Below are positions 32,601-35,654 of a stretch of 58,731 bases of DNA, piece by piece. Within the stretch, counting starts at the first letter, position 1, and each line of letters begins with the position of its first letter. Both the position numbers and the translations under genes were made by a program. This DNA comes from Candidatus Omnitrophota bacterium. GTDB taxonomy: Bacteria; Omnitrophota; Gorgyraeia; 2-02-FULL-51-18. The DNA lies in assembly GCA_023247915.1 (NCBI GenBank), contig JAHFFN010000005.1, forward strand, positions 1 through 58,731, given 5' to 3'. The notes under the pieces are model-generated. The model was not told where the DNA came from. It saw only the letters and a list, made by a program, of their open reading frames with translations, and did no database searches.

Positions 32601-35362
32601 TTTTCGAAGAAGCTACGAGTTATGCCAATAAAATCCGCGCTGGCGTTGCCCAGTCGGGCGGTCAGCTCAAATACTTGCTCTGGGTGGGCATGGGCGGATC
32701 AATCGAAGACAAGTACGCGGCGCTTGCGACCGGCACCTTAAAAGGACAAGTTCACTTCTTCGGTCTCGATGACGTGGATCCCAGCACAATCCAGGAAATT
32801 TTTGACGAAATCGTTCTTCAGGAAGCGGCGGAGATGGGGATAGCCGCTATTGATTTTACCGATAAGCAGTCCACCGCTTATCAAACAGCACTCGCCAGCG
32901 GGTTGCGTAAAACGGCGGTGGTGGGACAGGCATTGGGCAAGACCTCGGTCGAACCTATTTTTAATATTGAAAAAGCACTGCTTCCTCAATTCCAAGCGTT
33001 TGGTCTAGCCACGGAAAATCATTTCTGGAAAATCACGATCCCAGGTTCTTTGTTGGATCTGGGTCTTTTGCAGGACAAACCGCAAAACAATATCCCGCAT
33101 CAATGGGGAGGCCAGTCCACGTCCGCCGGTCGCCACGATTATGTTACTTACGGCTTCCTGATTCCGTACATTCTTTCCGGCGGAAATCCCGAAGACTGGG
33201 CGAAGGGGCTCAATCTTACTCAAGAGGATAAGGTTCGAGCTTTTGAGGCGGCTGATTGGATGTTCGCGAATCAGCAGGCAGGTAGAAACAAAGTTGTGCT
33301 CGCATTTCCCGAAGAATGGCAAGGCCATTTCAACGACGACCCAACTTGGCTCGATCCGAGTCTCTGGTTTAAACAGCATCTCGAAGAGTCTCTTGGCAAA
33401 ACACCCTCTTTTATTTTAAAAATCGTAACGACACTCAACTTTTCTTTGGCAAGTTCTTGGAAAAAACCCGAAGATAAAACGGATCAGGTAGTGCTTGTGG
33501 TGAAAATCAATGGGCTTAAAAATTTATCCGATGCAAAAATCGCTAGCTTGAGAGAACGAGGCTATGAAGTGCATGTGCTCGATTTGAGTTCGGCTCAAGA
33601 GGGTGAAGCTTTGGCTCGTGCGATGCAAGTATTTAATTATGCCAAGTTCCGCTTGGCGATGAAAGCCGGACTCATTGGAGTTAACCAGCCTCCGGTCGAG
33701 TTTTACAAAGGAATCGTCCAGTGGATACGCGGCGAGAAAAATGATTACCCCAATCACGAAAAAGTGAAAGCAATTTTTGAAGCGTCCGGAACGCATGTAA
33801 TTGGTCAAAACGGTTTCAAAGTCAGCTGGGAAACTCTTGTGCGCTCGGGTGTTTTGAAGCCTGAGGAACTTGATCATGAGATCGCCAGCCTTGGGCTTGA
33901 CCGCAACAACCCCGCCGACGTGGCTGGCGCGATTTATCGGATTGCTTTACGAAAAATCGGCTCCGGCGCTTATGGTGAATACATGGTATTTGGCAATTTA
34001 AATCGGGGTCACGACGCTAAAAATTTGAGAGACTTGCTGAGTGACCCGCTCTCCAGCGTCCAACGTTTGTGGCGGGAGGATCTTCATAGTTTTGCGGATA
34101 TCGGCAAAGGCCCTGGAGCCGGACATTCACATCACGCGATGAATATCCAAGGTCAGGCAATTGCCCTCCAGGTAGCGGTGAAGAGACATGCGGGGCTGCA
34201 GAAAGCTCTCGGTTTTGATACGCGTTATTCTACGGCTAATTCTTGGGCTAATAACTTAGCGCTGGCCGGTTTTAGTGTACCGCCGTCATCCAGCCCGAGC
34301 GATGAACTCAAGCTGAATCCCGAAGCCAACAAGGGTTGGGCGGTGCATCTTGAAATTCCAGAAATCGACGAGATATTAGATCTTGAGCAGTTTTTTGATC
34401 GTATGAAACAAGTGGTGTCCATGTCCGAGCCGACTGCTACTGCTGGTGCGCGTTTGGCGGGAAATGAGATACCACTTCGCGATGCGCTTAAAACAACATT
34501 TTTTACGGCAATCGCTATGCTGGTTTCTGGTAAGAAGGCATTTGCCTTGGAAGAGAATAATAAAATTCGCGTTTACAATTTGAATCGTCAAGAGGATAAA
34601 CTTCTTGTTGAAGTTGATGGCGGGGAAAGCTATACGCTCGACATTTCCTCAGGGGCTGTCAGTCAGGCTCACCAATCCCAAATCAAAGAAGCTGTCTTTA
34701 ATGAAGATTTGACAGACAAGCTCCAAACTATTTTATCGACCAATCGTGGTGCCGGATCGCCTGTGATCGTTGGCAGCGCTCCCGCGGTATTTCTTATCGA
34801 TCTAGGTGCTTTTTCGGACAAAGCAGAACTTGAAAATCTTCTTCGCCAGCAAGATGCCCGCCTAGATTCAAAATCAGCGGTGGCATTTTTGGGGGATGGG
34901 GAACAAGTGAAGGAAGCTCTGACATTTGTTAGCACGCTGAGACTTAAAAAGACTTCCCAATTTGTGGGGTCAGAATCTTTGAGCGAAGATCTGAAAGACG
35001 CTCCCCATATTCTATTGACCAAACAAGGTTATTTGACATTGGCCAATATCAACCATCACCGTCTTTTCCAAATCACTTTGCAGGCCAATCAAAGTCATCA
35101 AGCAGCGGTTTTTGCGTTTGGCGCTGTTCAGTCCATTATGGATCTGGTGGCTGAAGGAAATCTTGAAAAGGCCTTTGATCGTTTCCTCACCTTGGCTCCG
35201 CAATATCGCGGGCGGATGTCCTTCAAAGACTTTGTGGATGGCTATCTCAAGGGCAAAAAAGAGGTGATTGACCAATTTCCTCTGCCGGCCACTGTTTGGG
35301 CAAGCTTCCGGGATGCCATGCGTCTCAACCAGCTGGCTCGTACCGTCGAGTCGAACGCCTAA
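14663..35362 (+). CDS. giant (6899 aa) secreted modular protein with 30 [G/A]ARL[A/S]-type junction motifs
   Basis: Uninterrupted 20.7-kb ORF; TTG start after AGGAAGGGG; N-terminal Sec-like signal (MRKTNKFLKVVSSLLVYTFICEQLAFA|N); recognisable internal domains. Confidence 0.92.
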   Translation: MRKTNKFLKVVSSLLVYTFICEQLAFANPDLSAIKLDLFAKPKVDLGIPESVATVEDAFVGTGSPKTIYLIQDAHTNTSGQFNVAKTLDLLFQKNKQLKYVFLEAGQGDESLSFLRQYASLEKRKQASEAFLRQGKLQGSEYFDLISDKHLVLWGVENLKLYAQSVEAYKEVANNREKFEDYLKKIDVTVDTLKPRILNPALMAFDAKYQKFAKQEISLTDYFAILDEQATHLQISLEKYPHFQKLSKLKKLEEEIDFQKANEEQVKAIQSLDAKTQAELLEASKDNSALRLKGENKENRAFHALLEERLKGLQASCPELNKYFNYLKEANKIEPRQILQEQKDLEKEILGALIVTADEESLLKASRNLETLKKLLKLTLTPEEWDEYQKNKTSFDVTRMTGFLNKKIMDFETYYERALFLEEGYEPIVQKAEEFYSLTYQRDQEFIQNLQTKMDTEGQKEAVLITGGFHSPNLKSLLKQKNISFVNLTPQVLQETNQKRYEEILLGQVESLEKSFVSQNRMSPSRGIATHMDPIRVPAERAVFAVGLGIKSDSTVLKILGDRQQRLAAGLLGFSGARLSSSLSDSLVEFVKLNGFEAVLNAFLETIPSTPEMTFPTVRFLKVSSAETPGKIDFSYSLGDPLFTEALRGNKPFSFNKEFNLRTAEGLKRFFKEINRKPDDFYSWLIGHRYEGVFDTGFIAALINQAKSEEKLNVRAGKGVEKNSVLYFDGKKNQKNPRFDISDPDELLRLMMATGVTFEDLEVQRAIHYDRSSGEPNNAAEEGWDDWNFSSPNSPVYRGSPEVAAPLIGARLGVIQDAQEDITRALGRRVRIAAASNFMASAEFAVEHTSDFIFKRNLVELVRTAKDARLELVVLPRDLTHNVDYYANHVEVPVQYVANKRVAVKNIVFYAEEDTGSKVISVETKVGSFVVPNRVSTWEDNGTLLVNIGSSKSPKKLEEIEKVLIKVLLVDTKSSRKDGARLSKTSDLTEPLAVWGQLMGNPEFTKEYQIVQEGGTLVLKTKSGKTLSQKGIADLGTHSAWEEFLKPTLGARLADKFGLQWHDLQGMGGLTLVIHLRVIVSNQGDYPKFIVDEARKLIDDLRGTGGTAPNYHIYVERARYLMEAVRLLRVLEAIIPTADSEMAAEMAAGLRNESGDNFATYKIRVVQARDWIGARLARAPKALKDPKASRRKFVAAQRELLVWDTAQTERVLSVLEKIQRSRSKKPSKVDIDVVILALAGDEWMPLTMLDYLHKNRMDLTGITADQRARLITALKNLSPGKARREVLAKLVRPKIKAKTPKRYILDHGDRLIAARLSGAASKLRIALAGEDFDGSGEANFDRGLWLTNTGAQDTLNGIIYSNENFDPKRNVVGHRANLQVVLNGSSLILKWNNQTEYKERLIRNLPTIREILIRVSKENRLVFEDQTQGARLADKQPASQRTAPLPARIEFHDKLPPDLTIGKQVEIKLDSEFGDKFNDLWVRATVEGVEGEKVLFRIASGDDVDATLRGVPVKIYNERTLSTVRPLDVLVTDARSSGEPEKLTWIAEWETLGNWGGVKRELSAIEDKVLQTHLRGKINRLVNILIRNDLFYFAHLDTAIPVVIQRMQADSFHSWEPLIRAITAAESGQDPYHILINGARLAKPRTASRAVRKTSDLTEPLAMWSQLMANPEFTKEYQIVQEGGTLVLKTKSGETLSQKGIADLGTNSAWELFLKPTLGVRSETRKYRLIKRIESVLRLKRNSKIKEPYSASEIEELIKALRPLDGVDWRPSISAADKLGDAKSSKAIEPLMKWLEDGRVYDFQKAVAEALGKIGSAKAVPALIKTFNLRDDRRPQKAYIAALGDIGSIKAAPFLIRVLKSGETEVIRQAAKKALRQIHENLKRRGARLALTSDVIKGAVAAFKEVALSSRYKDRKDRDIIEQNLNRVLRANLSITSRVEVLGQLNSAVNCYRSLSQKPDAGALRRIDDIINQISRAQEAWQVERRAKKAQIRKWMKQIRVVLTDSFVEDIDDDIYLLLEEKKSTQGWSDRESVAHQLADTKSLKVVKALSKSLLNDRVARVRIAAANSLANIGFSEAIPSLIKALKDEDKGVRNQVVQALGAIKSLRVIRSLIPILKDKDIEVVHSVVKALGDLGSPKAVPALIEVLKHENEEIRGEAIKALGNIGSPEAIPALIELHGKDAHSAPIIEKALVRIYNKMDGSAGARLASKFTAVPSMLALTQLRLSETSKMSFTPQGMPEVFVNYAYVEDADRSNFTDLIQAIAPGLISKDQISSIRGAGVLFADDTPDRNLGLGVFSALTFVVDGERYLVTLFKKDDLSKKARLEKITRAYWQFMYDRPELSTQETEPVSVTVAKTEGDWKAGTFRIWPQQKGATAARLAGSQKRMDAIEYSIRRDLEQVGIHHITDFNPDHPTSHVLGVLRDLYPLQSGGVGYALTSGEADSWVRLMNVLRYANQHFKTNEIYMDIHFDAHAVRAWLNGKDHLVVSINSNAAGHFTLDFHPRTDLRKPFLQGRTSLRVDSAGQIHEEIIGARLAEYVSPFVIQPSFDLSNPTQVIASENLQRPPAAASGRRDFILYLVKGDGKFYIRLNKKEGVETGQFIIGLENLGEAFIRRYLFNDDGLNLSILSFSSPENNFIEFIYGDSYDAQQAAVMFKGILDSYHRSIVTPTGTHGQTDGPRDEEGARLSLKNSSEFVVRRNHRSQSSTSLSLPTPNSNSAARLSSSNIHVYTPEQFNSLVQNGLIKRGDIISYGSGGSMFFSDAIFARMALDKDGKRGTVVLILNGSADQRESEIKFREGMMFAASVDLMLKNQKLNARKDVEANRKKVKGSGIFKRKALYVRKTFFPSTVRNIHWGERRFFVQFVESRNNRFKITRESEYHEKYDIYEFIYKISIPPGKIRGIEDIHFLMSLLGDGFHDRRWGFYSNTGPWWRDDEEFIRWFSKIAKKIGTSASSPSPLTSSLGSEATNSGARLASFSKVLITDFLKDNSPLGKNVWIKINNAPTNVSWARHAEDAWMIHGHNGHIGTIPNIGLQPLTSRDVVAIERFWPIEMISDLLKRKPQKLLMVQSGAGKNYLVREDGLFLEVDANDVIQASWGQLQANALTDDFLGQLPQVKAWINGTFGSKKFWRQIAPHLTRLLKFNSLSGSRLAEDKGVEVEQLIAFSPKDQSITINSPLVAPADRTIHLFGDGETTFTLITSEVLAEQLNRWVPGFPKGVRERISFQPNPDLAEGVLILDSSREKGEERIGSLLLWDDLEDLAQDFAAYLNPFLKSRIPQFQENLFQRLFTSGYSRLIRQRFVIGSSVSMGSIWISFLAPSTLCRFVLMPMLENTNNKEAFGFIAYFAGVAIALHLFNRLSDKLAGSKSTKGARLAAGTLSREETKDAKSLAGEIASKTRVQLLGIQKKLKLLQGFDEEKGLTKKQESTTISIRKSAQKIESLSLFALLKEATIRPGQEVLMDTLSTRTGKELQSDPPQFDLKYTATIISVLAEDLLLTGEKRFLRGIRASVEKAVRIVSNLAAYASSAELTTNFKSVRSFKKKQFRIIDLSKYSAARLATLPLTQLRLSETSKMSATPQGMFDVLVKYAYVEDADRSNFAELIQAIAPDLIAKDKTSSIRGAGILFADDTPDQNLGLGAFSALTFLLDGKRYLITLFKKDDLSQKARLEKITRAYWQFMYDRPELSEREADPVSVTVAKTEGDWKAGTFRIWPQQKSVTAARLTGNNSKFIRTFLAALLIGVGGWFLSKSAKQETKSVSLKFNSWSTQAPVFYRYQAQQASSGKVMTRMASIKTSEKIILNASQKLRMMIRANQVNPQNKEEAITLTLIGTDAFGKPLKIYAGYMTFTSKGTYEAVFSLNELGPRVIHVNELLLMGVPVTSADDRSFIPDWIVKDEIVIEEAAVPGGARLAKRNQHFFVIWGSFIALLLLPLIPESSKKLASPAGLVENTNVSIDKIYSAFETISKKEKSLEEREKAVQFLIANIQFSSQRDEIVIQLISSFKDLSMNEIATLEHYVEILVKLRLTKSETEQALRSLEALQSKLAIHSTELTFARANEATLYVATSLLKRVEEAIATLSKKPAGARLGTGQKESLPFTKAQLVRIHSEGVAKLPRKDYIVDLAIDNQPTQIRANSLVTTLEQLQEGALYVIHALHVNHISGQISLGIHSVVAAARLSGSAMRAIYLSLTIMLSGVLQTVADTVQFAFDKGRTSVTVLVNGKPQPRSRLVGANYQPTEPGQHITHYQEGKIRELVAQLLPKNDPTLVALGLGEMGKNDLERMKKTGIYNIHLYQVPLEDKADIDAVKKILRRAHELNKDFYVSVGHWAGLWSQPGSPELSANTYQERMKVVDSVMNMVKLYAEEPWAGKWVVGVENNYYARGGAFAGTKSLPLRIGSEYYDFMVQLAVAIKWQERQLNTAAKPVYHPVVLSNGSLTESQAQIIKEMNEKWAKELNGELPVDAIGGTFYPGINFEGQKVSDNGIAEAFEHFVKLSWEIAGLPLVVVETGPWAQTVNSDEQVRWYGAAKPAFVNTGKFAGIDIFEFINEGGWKSRETGRASEDWFGIYTNEREPKLFARQGAFTGLKWEDGKVLPFEQPAALKPFPTQPVFLRTRTASTQTPAADSSIIQLEGFQTWSGAGAFSTYKDTRVNLTGYKTVRLTFNTTDAGAEFYIRLLDPAGAYDSNSGSMGPFRVPKASDVNQPITMEIGITGGNIKQFSIHTGTVWDNSTHLPKRNLVPIKVEFLKTPPAKKTGGARLSNQDSNMDVASIAKIFFERVLTPENRVKISRFLADHFSSPFSSQPERLSFEHSGYRLVLTSEPSGTEEFPLTVLIEKKIGSFNADEVGAFEAYNFLFHERASGLKTFEKQLLASRDFSKPLKVQFNMMPFAAYIDSKKPDRINFVMEYRRVPTGARLAAPEAYTTQVFKAKGSDFAHKITVTKSPDGVLAIDLQTDSFVGYTLVGHFSSNFERPLEVDPAFLRELSTEFSFDHDILRRIREMMQVIKAQNVEWFAETIKTALETGSIELYPGISHHDAAMAILEQPLFTKNQFIGEHSQSLSHAERTILSRIYQRHGQLGGRRADIATHQAARLATAVSIDELKKTDPEIAAALERRGVKFVYNHRDKNHTVDVLRAMREHGDSPSWLHFLSILDQAATHSGLDAVYFGPTVEKDYFDASLEKYFTPSPKLITLSFTGNTLNFKAQNLEPKKHQILLSLGANSDSLAWQLTRKGYFVTQATDYHYNHPQQYASHSYTDYDYLVTDKAAIAEHARSVDSALSVIQTPEPGVSLRDDSAIVEEISRRTELRFLGFDNFNPPLVHDNGVHQTLNKNEQIIYFDVNFDRSLTEKELKRLKVQLYYEDPQGDGNQWFSEEAIEPLNAEDPHGSYQFSVALHPRVRQYKVRVSWDGGYAWHYFKPQNIQVHYAPSAGARLADSIPSVSRQYSLTAAQADAIKRWLTPYTGQTAPSVHHFVHYFLRDNYGFIIPARDAGILKEEATVEVPNRSIRINDQDGITFVQMSLSGDGRTLTLKALAKEKNSYGKDSNGLLEIFKGYISTTVESELHPVVAARLAAENLDQGDVIYMGGTGPRIVLKNDNLKPVKPTHRIQTLLVDEHHLNTPEWATLDWFESHFETAVRYMPNRFFNGQGEPSIYQTALFQVTEGSYAGIYHGMLISDRDPEMAEILSYEPTQHTLLPFEGRLIQVEKSKVRFFPHKSLMVDNSSTAASRALKRYIDEKTKEWGDKKPSKVKAGWDRVHIEWNDGSSHTWDLTKGGDLESIAYWLKGNLSELDSMRAMIAEAIRNAADFTPENITRRAREVIANVLREKGVSIDQIALDTDLETLGLDSIDHVGMVLDLDEEFEIDIPDAASAEFKTLSDVVRCIQQIKAPEAPAARLAGNESLVEEVRAFDAAALNPTIWDKNTGLAIVKPAQTINEFPEPMRPFLSAATIHDERGNFTPGQLVTSSLQMPSAMNTPGLKEKIFEEATSYANKIRAGVAQSGGQLKYLLWVGMGGSIEDKYAALATGTLKGQVHFFGLDDVDPSTIQEIFDEIVLQEAAEMGIAAIDFTDKQSTAYQTALASGLRKTAVVGQALGKTSVEPIFNIEKALLPQFQAFGLATENHFWKITIPGSLLDLGLLQDKPQNNIPHQWGGQSTSAGRHDYVTYGFLIPYILSGGNPEDWAKGLNLTQEDKVRAFEAADWMFANQQAGRNKVVLAFPEEWQGHFNDDPTWLDPSLWFKQHLEESLGKTPSFILKIVTTLNFSLASSWKKPEDKTDQVVLVVKINGLKNLSDAKIASLRERGYEVHVLDLSSAQEGEALARAMQVFNYAKFRLAMKAGLIGVNQPPVEFYKGIVQWIRGEKNDYPNHEKVKAIFEASGTHVIGQNGFKVSWETLVRSGVLKPEELDHEIASLGLDRNNPADVAGAIYRIALRKIGSGAYGEYMVFGNLNRGHDAKNLRDLLSDPLSSVQRLWREDLHSFADIGKGPGAGHSHHAMNIQGQAIALQVAVKRHAGLQKALGFDTRYSTANSWANNLALAGFSVPPSSSPSDELKLNPEANKGWAVHLEIPEIDEILDLEQFFDRMKQVVSMSEPTATAGARLAGNEIPLRDALKTTFFTAIAMLVSGKKAFALEENNKIRVYNLNRQEDKLLVEVDGGESYTLDISSGAVSQAHQSQIKEAVFNEDLTDKLQTILSTNRGAGSPVIVGSAPAVFLIDLGAFSDKAELENLLRQQDARLDSKSAVAFLGDGEQVKEALTFVSTLRLKKTSQFVGSESLSEDLKDAPHILLTKQGYLTLANINHHRLFQITLQANQSHQAAVFAFGAVQSIMDLVAEGNLEKAFDRFLTLAPQYRGRMSFKDFVDGYLKGKKEVIDQFPLPATVWASFRDAMRLNQLARTVESNA
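14744..16387 (+). other. N-terminal domain of the giant protein, putative TIKI/TraB/ChaN/EreA-like metallo-hydrolase with a large helical insert
   Basis: IYLIQDAH75, YVFLE104, LWGVE, QR442D443QEF and AVLITGGFH470 occur in the order typical of this fold; recognised by eye only. Confidence 0.55.
17612..17821 (+). repeat. duplicated module A, copy 1
   Basis: KTSDLTEPLAVWGQLMGNPEFTKEYQIVQEGG...FLKPTLGARL; near-identical to 19619-19828. Confidence 0.95.
19619..19828 (+). repeat. duplicated module A, copy 2
   Basis: KTSDLTEPLAMWSQLMANPEFTKEYQIVQEGG...FLKPTLGVRS; same 198-nt distance to the junction motif as copy 1. Confidence 0.95.
19920..21260 (+). other. HEAT (PBS-lyase-like) repeats in two adjacent modules of the giant protein
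   Basis: Repeated ~31-aa units such as AVAEALGKIGSAKAVPALIK, AAANSLANIGFSEAIPSLIKALKDEDKGVR, AIKALGNIGSPEAIPALIE. Confidence 0.9.
21323..21805 (+). repeat. duplicated module B, copy 1
   Basis: LTQLRLSETSKMS...AYVEDADRSNF...YWQFMYDRPELS...GTFRIWPQQKGATAARL; near-identical to 25352-25834. Confidence 0.95.
22739..22817. repeat. inverted 7-mer array read through in frame inside the giant gene
   Basis: AGTTCGG-AGTTCGT-AGTTCGG-AG (22739-22761) and degenerate complement CT-CCCAACC-CCGAACT-CAAACT (22796-22817). Confidence 0.65.
25352..25834 (+). repeat. duplicated module B, copy 2
   Basis: Same 471-nt distance to the junction motif as copy 1; ends SVTAARL. Confidence 0.95.
27194..28921 (+). other. 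clan GH-A glycoside hydrolase module (GH17/GH2-like TIM barrel) plus probable carbohydrate-binding beta domain
   Basis: GANYQP, VVGVEN (Glu codon 27785), DAIGGTFYP, PLVVVETG (Glu codon 28178), IFEFINEGGWK, EDWFGIYTNEREPK; Pro/Thr linker then a beta-rich aromatic domain. Confidence 0.7.
32090..32320 (+). other. acyl carrier protein-like domain within the giant protein
   Basis: REVIANVL...DTDLETLGLDSIDHVGMVLDLDEEFEIDIPD...KTLSDVV; phosphopantetheine Ser codon at 32195. Confidence 0.85.
32345..34444 (+). other. glucose-6-phosphate isomerase-like (SIS) module within the giant protein
   Basis: WVGMGGS (32687), divergent GKTSVE, SAGRHD, WFKQHLEESLGK, NQPPVEFYK resemble PGI motifs GxGGS, SKSGxTxE, GGRxS, QLxxESxGK, DQPxVExxK. 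Confidence 0.7.
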
Positions 35363-35371
35363 TCTATTTCT

Positions 35372-35401
35372 TGTAGGAGCACAGCAGGCCGTGCCCCTAC
35401 A
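35372..35401. repeat. GTAG-type REP-like palindrome
   Basis: TGTAGGAGCACAGC-AG-GCCGTGCCCCTACA imperfect palindrome 10 nt after the giant gene stop; single copy in the window. Confidence 0.6.
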
Positions 35402-35458
35402 CCTACCACCCGTAGTAATTCCCTTGTTAAAGATTTGTTAAGAATAGGTAAAAATCGC

Positions 35459-35488
35459 TTGACAGGATATAAGGCGGTTTGATACGCT
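35459..35488 (+). promoter_or_regulatory. sigma70-type promoter for the OM beta-barrel gene
   Basis: TTGACA (35459-35464), 18 nt, TGaTACGCT. Confidence 0.55.
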
Positions 35489-35654
35489 AGCCCTGTTGTA
35501 TTACATACTTACAACAGGTAACCAAAACTACGCCGCGGAAAGGGGTGAAGAACCTAAAGGCATCAGGGTTACCAGAGAGCTCTTGATAAAGCTCTTACCC
35601 AAATAGCAATACCCTAACGTAGACAATTAAAGAAATACCAGGAGAATTAAAACT

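Larger units (their letters stand above)
16388..34459 (+). repeat. dispersed in-frame junction motif [G/A]-A-R-L-[A/S/G/T], 30 copies including GSRLA and GVRSE variants
   Basis: Motif starts at 16388, 17087, 17597, 17810, 18179, 18599, 18947, 19574, 19817(GVRSE), 20318, 21275, 21794, 22259, 22715, 22820, 23576, 24107(GSRLA), 24776, 25328, 25823, 26384, 26915, 27182, 28922, 29393, 29924, 30944, 31358, 32333, 34445. Confidence 0.93.

Noticed and set aside
16388-34459. Junction repeats as a CRISPR array or integron attC sites
   Set aside because: The repeats are only 12-15 nt, non-palindromic and in frame, with spacers of 105-2112 nt. No cas or intI genes are in the window.
17258-34870. Extra ARL matches (KDARLE ~17260, KARLE in module B, QDARLD ~34855) as junctions
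   Set aside because: They lack the small residue before Ala and after Leu and lie inside apparent domains, so they were not counted.
14663-35362. Giant gene as NRPS/PKS, RTX/MARTX, Rhs or repetitive adhesin
   Set aside because: There is only one ACP-like domain. I saw no KS/A/C domains, GGxGxD repeats, YD repeats or tandem Ig/cadherin repeats.
14411-35401. Giant gene as a tRNA-integrated genomic island
   Set aside because: I found no integrase and no direct repeat of the tRNA-Arg 3' end. The only match is an 8-nt inverted one inside the REP-like palindrome, which is likely chance.
35490-35600. c-di-GMP-I or other known riboswitch in the barrel gene leader
   Set aside because: GGTTACC and GAAA are present, but I could not build the conserved two-hairpin core. 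It is kept only as an unassigned structured leader.
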